24,992 bases of DNA, taken from the IMG/VR virus record IMGVR_UViG_3300032320_001056, positions 1-24,992 of that record. One strand, given 5' to 3'. The translations under genes and the position numbers were made by a program. The notes below the pieces were generated by a model. That model ran no database searches, had not been told where the DNA came from, and saw only the letters and a program-made list of their open reading frames with translations. This stretch comes from a virus. Its lineage: Duplodnaviria; Caudoviricetes. This document shows, in pieces, positions 8,172 to 16,800 of this stretch. Position 1 is the first letter of the stretch. Every line of letters begins with the position of its first letter.

Positions 8172-9287
8172 ATGAGTTGTAATAATTGTTATAACGGTTG
8201 TGTAGAAACAACATCTGATAAATGTGTAAGATATACAGGAAGCGCTGTCGAAGAGTTATCTATAGAAACTGGTGATAGTCTTTTTGTTGTTGAACAAGCA
8301 TTGATCGATGCTGTAGTTTCTTTTCTTGATGGAACAGGAATAGATATTACAATTGACCCAACAGCATATTGTGCTCTTGTAGTGGATTATCTACCTACAT
8401 GTAAACCTATTTGTTCTCCTCCCACAGCTGTAGAGCTTTTCGAAGCTCTTGTAAAAGCTGCTTGTGATCTTCAAACTCAAGTTGATGCAATTGATGCTAC
8501 ACTTGCTACATTGAATGCAGATTATACAATAGATTGTCTTACAGGCGTAACAGCTAGTTCTGACACACACGCTATTGTTCAAGCTATTATCAATAAACTT
8601 TGTGATCTTGGTGTAGACCTTGCAGCACTTGCTCTTGATGTAGATACAAATTACGTTAAGCTTTCTGATCTAGATGCTCTTATACAAGCCTATCTTGATA
8701 ACTCAGGATCATCATCAGAATATTATAACAAGATGGTTCCATACACAGCTGTAGAGTATTATGGAACACTTGCAAACTTTGATGCTACAGGCGCAGGTCT
8801 TGGAGATTGGGTGAATATCTATTTATGTAATGGTCAGAATGGTACACCAGATAAACGTGGTAGGGTTCCTGTTGGAGCAATTCAACTTGTTCCTGGAGGT
8901 GCTCTGAATGCTGCAGTTAACCCTGCAAATCCAGGTAATCCTAACTATGCTGTAGGAGATGTATCTGGTGCTAATACAATTACACTTGATGCTACACAAA
9001 TACCTTCGCATACACACGCTCTTACAGATCCTGGTCATAGTCATTTTATTTCAGGAAATGGAACCACTGCATCTTGTTCAGTTCCAGACAATTTAACAGC
9101 AATTGCTTCTGCAGGAACTTGTGGTACAAATGATGCATACACTCTTCGTCCAAGTGCACTTGCTGCTACAGTGGGTAAAAGTAGCACCAGTGTTACAGGA
9201 ATATCTATAGCATCTACAGGTGGTGGACTAGCTCACGCTAACATCCAACCTGTTCTTGCTTGTTACTATATTATGTACATCCCATAA
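8172..9287 (+). CDS. Tail fibre/baseplate-type protein with C-terminal phage tail-collar domain (371 aa)
   Basis: Collar motifs 'IYLCNGQNGTPDKRGRVPVGA', 'GANTITLDATQIPSHTH' and 'TGGGLAHANIQPVLACYYIM'; Cys-rich N-terminus and coiled-coil middle. Confidence 0.75.
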   Translation: MSCNNCYNGCVETTSDKCVRYTGSAVEELSIETGDSLFVVEQALIDAVVSFLDGTGIDITIDPTAYCALVVDYLPTCKPICSPPTAVELFEALVKAACDLQTQVDAIDATLATLNADYTIDCLTGVTASSDTHAIVQAIINKLCDLGVDLAALALDVDTNYVKLSDLDALIQAYLDNSGSSSEYYNKMVPYTAVEYYGTLANFDATGAGLGDWVNIYLCNGQNGTPDKRGRVPVGAIQLVPGGALNAAVNPANPGNPNYAVGDVSGANTITLDATQIPSHTHALTDPGHSHFISGNGTTASCSVPDNLTAIASAGTCGTNDAYTLRPSALAATVGKSSTSVTGISIASTGGGLAHANIQPVLACYYIMYIP

Positions 9288-9297
9288 ACTTATTCAT

Positions 9298-9636
9298 ATG
9301 TCGTGTGTTCCTGGAATGCCTTGTTATGAGAATACAGTAACTGTGTACACTACATATCCTCCTGGATGTGGTCCTGTTACAACAATTGGTTCTGATCATA
9401 TTATATACACAGGTCCAAATCTTCCTTGCTCAGGTGTTTCAAATAATGATTGTCTTACAACTGCTCTTCAGAAAATAGACACTAAGATTTGTCCTGCACA
9501 ACTTGTAGACACAATCCTCACTGTACTAGAAACTGATGCAGTTGCTCGTGCTAGATTTTGTGCAATTGTGAGCGATTGTAACATAATAACAACAACCACT
9601 ACCACAAGTACAACAACTACACTACCTCCTGGATAA
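9298..9636 (+). CDS. Small Cys-rich putative virion protein with C-terminal Thr tract (112 aa)
   Basis: ATG at 9298 (MSCVPGMPC) follows the upstream stop at 9287. Shares a 'SD..I.YTG..L....I...D.L...LQ.I' module with the N-terminus of the 371-aa protein. Confidence 0.65.
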   Translation: MSCVPGMPCYENTVTVYTTYPPGCGPVTTIGSDHIIYTGPNLPCSGVSNNDCLTTALQKIDTKICPAQLVDTILTVLETDAVARARFCAIVSDCNIITTTTTTSTTTTLPPG

Positions 9637-9699
9637 GTTCAACAACTTCTTGTTAACAATATTAAAAAACCCTGTTTTGTTGGTTTTACAGGGTGGCCT

Positions 9700-9728
9700 C
9701 CCCTGCCCTTTCTAGGGTGGGGGTTTTT
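9700..9728 (+). terminator. Rho-independent terminator, preceded by a second hairpin
   Basis: cccctgccct-ttct-agggtggggg followed by ttttt; upstream hairpin ccctgt...acaggg at 9670-9693. Confidence 0.75.
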
Positions 9729-9770
9729 AATTATACCAGTTAACCAATATAACCATCCACGTTAAAATAA

Positions 9771-9803
9771 TTTGGTATATTTCAAATTTGTTCCTACCTT
9801 TAC
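9771..9803 (+). promoter_or_regulatory. Bacteroidota-type sigma70 promoter-like site
   Basis: TTTG at 9771-9774, 20-nt spacer, TACCTTTAC at 9795-9803; lies just after a terminator and about 25 nt upstream of the 9829 ATG. Confidence 0.6.
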
Positions 9804-9828
9804 CTCAATTTAACCAAAGTTTTCATAA

Positions 9829-11082
9829 ATGGCTGATAATCAATATCTTCTCAACCAGTTACAACAATTATTGAGTTGGAAAAAGAGCAAGAAGTTTTAT
9901 GCAGAAAAGCTTGGAATAGGAGAAGAAGAAGTGGAGAGTCTGCTTAGAGAAATTAAAGAGTCAAAAGAAGCTATTAGAACTGAAGCAGAGACATCTGATT
10001 ATATTGGTCTTCTTGAAGATGCTGTGGTTAAATATGAAGAAGATATTGCTAGGGGTGTAGGAGAAGTGATTTTCAATTCTGCTGAAGAAATTAAATCTCT
10101 TGATGAGCTTATTGTAAAGTCAAAGATTGATACAGAGAAGTGGGAAATAACTAAATACGTTCAGAACTATTGGGGAAATAGTAAAACTCCTCATTGGCAG
10201 GTCAAAGCTTGGATGGCTAAGAAATCCACTGAACAACTATTCCAAGACTCATTCATTGAGTTTCTCAAAGAGTATCAGCCTAAATGTTCAGAAGTTAAAT
10301 TCCGTGAACAAAATCCTGATAAGCCATTAGCTTGTCTAATCATCAACAAACAAGACTCCCATCTAAATAAATTTGACATAGATGGCAACAATGATATAAA
10401 CAAAAGGTTCTCTAATATTCTAAACAAAGTGGAGACCATTGTGAATCAAGCTAGTTTGTCAAATTACATGGAAAGTGTGATTTACATTATAGGTTCTGAT
10501 GAATTCAACAGTGAGTTTACAGGAACTACAACTAAAGGAACTCCACAACAGAACATTCTCACCTATCATGATTCTTTCGAGAAGATTTGTAATCATGAGA
10601 TAGAAATGATCACAATGCTTCTTGAGAACGTAGATGATGTACAAGTTATCTATGTAGCTGGAAATCATGATGAGTTTGTAGGATGGCACATGATCAATTG
10701 GTTAAATGCATATTTCAAGAGTAACTTAAGAGTTACATTTGATTGTTCTCCTAAATACAGAAAGTATATAAGTTATGGAGAAACAGCAATGATGTTTAAT
10801 CATGGAGATGCTATGAAACCTGCAAAGCTTGCTAGCATATTTCCAATAGAATTCAGAGAAGAATGGTCAAACAACAAGAACTTCTACATATTCACTGGAG
10901 ACAAGCATCATGAAATAAGCATTGACTTTGGTGGAATTAAGTTTTATCAAATACCTGCCTTTTCAAATGCTAAGAGTTCTTGGGATGAGAAGAATGGTTA
11001 CACAGGCTCAAGAGCTGAGGTTACAGGATTCCTTATAGACTTTGAACAAGGAATGACTAACATATTCAAACAATATTTATAA
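9829..11082 (+). CDS. Calcineurin-like metallophosphoesterase with N-terminal HTH-like extension (417 aa)
   Basis: Ordered motifs DxH (QDSH), GxD (GSDEFN), GNHD, HGD and GDKHHE; N-terminal 'KKFYAEKLGIGEEEVESLL' is HTH-like. Confidence 0.85.
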   Translation: MADNQYLLNQLQQLLSWKKSKKFYAEKLGIGEEEVESLLREIKESKEAIRTEAETSDYIGLLEDAVVKYEEDIARGVGEVIFNSAEEIKSLDELIVKSKIDTEKWEITKYVQNYWGNSKTPHWQVKAWMAKKSTEQLFQDSFIEFLKEYQPKCSEVKFREQNPDKPLACLIINKQDSHLNKFDIDGNNDINKRFSNILNKVETIVNQASLSNYMESVIYIIGSDEFNSEFTGTTTKGTPQQNILTYHDSFEKICNHEIEMITMLLENVDDVQVIYVAGNHDEFVGWHMINWLNAYFKSNLRVTFDCSPKYRKYISYGETAMMFNHGDAMKPAKLASIFPIEFREEWSNNKNFYIFTGDKHHEISIDFGGIKFYQIPAFSNAKSSWDEKNGYTGSRAEVTGFLIDFEQGMTNIFKQYL

Positions 11083-11807
11083 TGTCAACATTAAGAAAAT
11101 TAGTTTCAGATGTACGTGGTATGCACAAGTTGCTTTCTACTGACTCTCTCATTACTGATAGAGTGATAGCATCTGAAGTTAAAAATAATTCACTTCTTCT
11201 TATCAAGAGAGAAACTAATCTCAGAAAGCTCTGGGCTACGGACACTCTTTTTACAACATTACCATGTCTTGAAATGATACAAGTTCCTATTTCAGAATGT
11301 TGTGATTATGTAGATCCTTGTTCAGTTTCAAGAAGTAGGTATAAATTGCCTCGTATATCTGAAGGAAACTATCAATATATTATTCAGGGTGTTTATTCTA
11401 TAAACGCAATGAGCGGTCAAGGAAAGAAGCTTAAAGAGATTACAATCAATAGATATATAAATCTCCTAAAGCTTCCCATCATCAAGAATGAAGAATACTA
11501 TTGGATTCAGAATGGTTATCTATATGTAAATAATCAATATCTGAGAGCAATCAGAATATCTGCATTGTTTGAAACAGATGTTCCAAATGAACTCCTCTAT
11601 CCAGAATGTTGTTGCGGTGAGGACATTATTGTAGAAGACTTCTGCAAGAACCCCCTTGACAAACCATATGGTCTTCCTGGATATTTACAATCACAAGTGT
11701 TAGAGCTCACTACCAAAAAACTATTGTCTACTTATTTCTCAATTAAAACAGATCTTACAGATGATGGTTTGGACGGACAAGCTCCAAACGTTAAACCAAC
11801 TAGTTAA
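11082..11807 (+). CDS. Putative tail ring protein (241 aa)
   Basis: Starts 'MSTLRKLVSDVR...ITDR.I'; contains 'LPCLEMIQVP..ECC', 'YYWIQNGYLYV' and a C-terminal 'YGLPGYL...VLE' resembling crAss-like ring proteins; TAATG coupling on both sides. Confidence 0.55.
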   Translation: MSTLRKLVSDVRGMHKLLSTDSLITDRVIASEVKNNSLLLIKRETNLRKLWATDTLFTTLPCLEMIQVPISECCDYVDPCSVSRSRYKLPRISEGNYQYIIQGVYSINAMSGQGKKLKEITINRYINLLKLPIIKNEEYYWIQNGYLYVNNQYLRAIRISALFETDVPNELLYPECCCGEDIIVEDFCKNPLDKPYGLPGYLQSQVLELTTKKLLSTYFSIKTDLTDDGLDGQAPNVKPTS

Positions 11808-12280
11808 TGAGGAAAAAGATAGACTGGAGGTCAGCAAGCAAAGAAAACTACAACAACTTCTGCAAGAAGCATCCAGAGATCAAACTAAGCTTTGATGATT
11901 GGAAAGATATAATATACACATTTAACGAAGCATTTAGAAATTACATTCTTGAGACAGGAAATAGAGAAAAGCTTCCATATGGATTTGGAGAGTTCTCCAT
12001 TGTAAAGAAGAAGAGAAGAAAGAAAAAAGGACTTAATGATGAGTTTATTAATCTTCCTGTAGATTGGCAAAGGACTAAACAGAAAGGAAAAATCATCTAC
12101 AATTTCAACTACCACACAGAAGGATATTTTTTTGGATGGATGTGGTTTAAAGAAACAGTGAGAATTAAAGGTACAGACTTTTGGTATTTTAAACCATCAA
12201 GAGTTACATCAAGAATGCTTGCGCACTACATCAAGGCTGATGAAAAATATCAGCACATCTATAGAGAATGGCAAAAATAA
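11807..12280 (+). CDS. HU/IHF-like DNA-binding protein (157 aa)
   Basis: 'DIIYTFNEAFRNYILETGNREKLPYGFGEFSIVKKKRR' matches the HU/IHF helix-GFGxF-basic arm pattern; crAss-like tail modules carry an IHF-like gene at this position. Confidence 0.65.
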   Translation: MRKKIDWRSASKENYNNFCKKHPEIKLSFDDWKDIIYTFNEAFRNYILETGNREKLPYGFGEFSIVKKKRRKKKGLNDEFINLPVDWQRTKQKGKIIYNFNYHTEGYFFGWMWFKETVRIKGTDFWYFKPSRVTSRMLAHYIKADEKYQHIYREWQK

Positions 12281-12282
12281 AT

Positions 12283-12930
12283 ATGAAAGAAAAAATTAAA
12301 TATACACCAGGAGAAAAATTTGGTAAACTTACCTTTATAGAAGAAGATTTTCACGAAAAAGAAATAACAGGGTTTCAAAAATATAGAAAAGCTGTTGTAG
12401 AATGTTTTTGTGGTAAAAAATTTATAACAAGGATCAGTGGATTAAGAAATGGTAAAGTTAAATCTTGTGGATGTATAAGAAAAGATAAATTATCAAAAAG
12501 AATAACAAGACACAACATGAGCACAAGCTCAGAATACGCCTCTTGGGAAGCTATGAAATCAAGGTGTTTAAATTCAAAAAATAGATTCTATTATAATTAT
12601 GGAGGAAGAGGTATAAAAGTTTGTGAAGAATGGTTAGATTTTAAAAATTTTATAAAAGATATGGGAAATAAACCCAATAAAAATTATTCAATTGAAAGAA
12701 TAAATGTAAATGGTAATTATTGTCCTGAAAACTGTAAATGGTCTGATAGATATGAACAAGATAGAAATAGAAGAAATAGTGTTAAATTTTTTATAAACGG
12801 AGAATATAAAATTTTAATGGATATAGCTAGAGAAAATAATTTACACCAACAGACAATAAAAAGCAGGTTATTAAAAGGGATGACAATTGAAGAAGCTATT
12901 GATAAACAGTATAAATACACTAAAAAATGA
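12283..12930 (+). CDS. HNH-type homing endonuclease, 'YGGRGIKVC' family (about 215 aa)
   Basis: 'CFCG...LRNGKVKSCGC', 'WEAMKSRC...YYNYGGRGIKVCEEW..F..FIKDMG' and 'SIERINVNGNYCPENCKW'; very A-rich. ATG 12283 is likely; 12268 is an alternative. Confidence 0.85.
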   Translation: MKEKIKYTPGEKFGKLTFIEEDFHEKEITGFQKYRKAVVECFCGKKFITRISGLRNGKVKSCGCIRKDKLSKRITRHNMSTSSEYASWEAMKSRCLNSKNRFYYNYGGRGIKVCEEWLDFKNFIKDMGNKPNKNYSIERINVNGNYCPENCKWSDRYEQDRNRRNSVKFFINGEYKILMDIARENNLHQQTIKSRLLKGMTIEEAIDKQYKYTKK

Positions 12931-13859
12931 GTTATTATTATAAATACAACTTTGTGTCTCCTGAACCAATATATGCTATTGTGATGGAAGAATTGAAGTC
13001 ATATATGGATACTGGTGCGGTAGACAGTTTGATGTTTCCTACATACACAGATAAATGTCTTAGAAAACTTGGAAGATCATCATATCAAATTCAAGAAACT
13101 TATCTTGATGTTTGTGATTTTGAAGCAAGGCTCCCAGATAACTTTTATGCTGTAAGAGAAGCGTGGATGTGTACATCTGTAGATGCACGACCATATCAAT
13201 CAGCAAACTCTTTTTATTCTCAAGCTGCATCAGAGACAACAATTCAAGTGAGTCCTGTTATATCTGGAGGAACTCCATGTACTAATGAAGGATGCACAGA
13301 TCCTGGCTGTGATGGTCATAGTTGCCTACCCTTGTTAATTCAAGCTGTCTACAAGACAAACAATGCAATTAATCGTTCTGTGCAAAGGCAATATCTACTT
13401 AAACCAGGAAACATTTCTGTAAAAGCACATTGTTCTTTAGATTGTGCAAATCTTGGTAGCTCTGCTGCTGATAGTTTTGACATTAGGGATAACAAGTTTG
13501 TTACAAACTTTAGGAATGGTGTTGTTCATTTGGTATTCTACGCGTACGAGTATGATGCAGTGGGTAATCAAATGATTCCAGATAACTATCGTATTAGGGA
13601 ATTCATCGAAGCATTTATTAAATATAAAGTGTTTGAAACTCTGACAAATCAGATTAACGATGAGACATTTAACCAGATTCAACAGAAGATGGTTAACTAT
13701 AAACAACTTGCTGATGAGGCATTCATCATGGCTGATATTGAAATTAAGAAGCAAGATGTATATGCTAAGCAGAATAGAATAGTTCAAGATTTGAATAGGT
13801 TTAATAAGTACGAACTACCTAATAGAACTAACAGGTACGGTTGGAGAAGAAACGGATAA
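12927..13859 (+). CDS. Putative tail tubular / ring protein (Ttub-like, 310 aa)
   Basis: 'EARLPDNFYAVREAW', 'FVTNFRNGVVHLVFY..D..G..MIPD...IREFIEAFIKYK'; directly upstream of the nozzle-like gene, as in crAss-like phages. Confidence 0.65.
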   Translation: MSYYYKYNFVSPEPIYAIVMEELKSYMDTGAVDSLMFPTYTDKCLRKLGRSSYQIQETYLDVCDFEARLPDNFYAVREAWMCTSVDARPYQSANSFYSQAASETTIQVSPVISGGTPCTNEGCTDPGCDGHSCLPLLIQAVYKTNNAINRSVQRQYLLKPGNISVKAHCSLDCANLGSSAADSFDIRDNKFVTNFRNGVVHLVFYAYEYDAVGNQMIPDNYRIREFIEAFIKYKVFETLTNQINDETFNQIQQKMVNYKQLADEAFIMADIEIKKQDVYAKQNRIVQDLNRFNKYELPNRTNRYGWRRNG

Positions 13860-13874
13860 CTTATATAAATTACA

Positions 13875-16800
13875 ATGGCTGATCAACAACAATCAAATAT
13901 AATTCAGGAGAACAATGTTGCTCGAACTGGACTCAATATGGACCAAACGGTCAACCAAGTTGAGAAAGGTAAGCTTACGTATGCCCTGAATGCTGCTGTA
14001 GAAAACTTTGATGCTAGTTCTGTTAACTATCAGAATGAGCCAGGTAATGAACTATGTCTGAACTTTCCCCAAGAGTATCATTTAATTGGTACACATCACA
14101 TTGTTGAACAAGCCAAACATATATTCTTTCTCACCAATCCTAATACAGGAGCTTCTGAGATTGGGTATATGGATAATAATGATTGTGTTTATAAAACACT
14201 AATCAGCGCACTATGTCTCAACTTTAACATCAACCATCCAATCCATAAGTCTGTACACAAAATAACAAACTGCTCTACAGAAGTGTATTGGACAGATGGA
14301 TTTAATTCTAGGAGATATATTGATCTTGATAATCTGCCTTTTAAAATTCAACCAGGCACTGATGTTTGTGAAAATCAAACAACCACTGAAATAGATTGTA
14401 ACAAACTAAACATTCAGCCAGACTTTAATATTCCTGAGCTTGAGGTGGTAGAAGTTATTAATGGGGGAAATCTAGTTGCAGGAACATATCAATTTGCCAT
14501 CCAATATTGTGATGCTAATGGAGGTGCTTACACATCGTATTATTCTGTAACCAATCCTACACCAATTGCAAATCCTCAGTTCACCACTGCTGATTTTAAC
14601 TATCCTGTAGGAAGGTCTATTGTATTGAACATTAGTAATATAGATGTAACTGGTTACTACCAATATTACAACCTTGCAGTGATAAAAACTGTAAACGCTA
14701 TCACATCTGTTGAGCTTGTTGGAACATATTTCATAGATGATTCTAGTAATCAAATAACATACACTGGTCAAAATCAAACACAGATTAGACTGACCATTAA
14801 TGATATATTTGAGAAGTTTCCATACTACGAGATTGCACAAGATTTGACAGCTGTTCAGGATATTCTTGTTTGGGATATTCTGACATCTGTAGATAGAATA
14901 AACTATCAGCAGATTGCTAATCAAATAGATCTTAAATGGCAAACTTATAAACTCCCTGCAAATGAAGACTATGCAGATGAGTTAAATGCAACCAATCTCA
15001 GAGGCTATCTCAGAGATGAAGTTTATGCATTTGAAATTGTGTTCCTGCTTAGGAACGGTAAACAGACAGATGGTTTTCATATTCCTGGTAGAGAAATATC
15101 TTTCACTGAACTAATACAACCAGATGTTCCTAATACCAATCCTGACTTCATAGGTGAGCCAGATTACACATCTGGTGCAACAGGATATAGTAAATATTGG
15201 AAAATATACAATACAGCTTCTGTAATTGGACCAGCTGTAGGAGATAATATTGGAAATGCTACACCATACCAATATGGTGAATTTGCATATTGGGAATCTA
15301 CAGAAGTGTACCCATGTAATGAGAATGTTTGGGGAACTCTTGCTAATCAACCTATTAGGCATCACAAGTTTCCTGATGTTCTTGTAAGTCCTATATTTGA
15401 AAGTGGTACACCTACAATTGAACTTGATGGTACATACACTCAACTGAAGATTGAGGATAGGGCTATATTCCCAATTGGTGTTAGGGTGGATACACAACAG
15501 ATTCAACAGTTTATTGCTACATCTAGTTTGACACAAGATCAGAAAGATGCAATTGTTGGATTTAAGATTGTTCGTGGTGATAGAAATACAAATAGATCAA
15601 TTATAGCTAAGGGTATTCTTAGAAATGTAGGTAAATATGGCAGAGAAGGAACAGAGTATTATTTCCCCAACTATCCATATAATGATCTTAGAGAAGATCC
15701 ATTTCTTCTTGAAAAGAACAATGCTTATAATCAAGAATGTATTACATGGACATTTACATGTGCTACAGCTGGTGTATATGCTTACACAGATTGTTACACA
15801 AACTCAACAGTTAATGCAGTGATGGCTGTTGGAGAAGAGTTTAATATATGTTCTATTACAGAACCAGTTGCTGAAAGTGGAACATTCACTGCTCCTCCAA
15901 TTGCATTAGAATATGATGTATATCGTGTAGGTGCTGATGGATTTTATGCAAAATTTGTATATGTTGATCCTTTAACTAACGCAAATGAGCGTATTGTACT
16001 TTCATTCGCATCAACAAATATACAAGTTAAAGTGGGAACAGTTCCTAGTGTAGAACTTCATATTGGTGGATATACAATAGTGATTGTTACTGATTCTAGT
16101 GATGGACCTAATGAAAATTGTTATCCAGATCAACTTGCAGCATTTACTACTGATGATTCTAAATACAGACATGTATTTAATTCTCCAGAGACATCATTTG
16201 GACAACCCTTCCTTGGAAACATATTAAAGCTTGAAAATGCAATATATGGTAAAGGAGATGCACATTTTGTACAAGTTAGAAAGAATGCAACTTATAAATT
16301 ATTAACTAAGCAGGCACAACAAGATGCTCTTGCTTCAAGTGAAGCAATTGCTGATATTACAGGTACGTTTGATTCAGGAGCAATGTTTGCTGCGTACCAA
16401 TCATATCTCCAAATATACATCAACGGTATCACTAGAAGAAATTATGCTTATTCTTACAACTCTATAGCTGAGTATGATTACTCATCTAATATTGATAATA
16501 ATCTAGGAATTAAACAAAGAACTCTTGATATAGCACAATATCTTATTCCTGGAGTTCAATCTGCAGGAGATAACTACAATATAAATAACTTTGAAAGAGA
16601 ATCATCTGTTTATTTGAGAACAGATGAAGATAAGACAGCTCTTCCTTTTCCAAGTCAAACTACAACTTTACTAACTCCAACTGGTAACAGTGCAATTGAA
16701 GATAAATCAAGATATATTGTATCAAATGCACCTACTCTTAATGCTGGTTTAAACTGTGCTCAACCAGAGAATCTATTTGATATATCAACTGTTTGTTATT

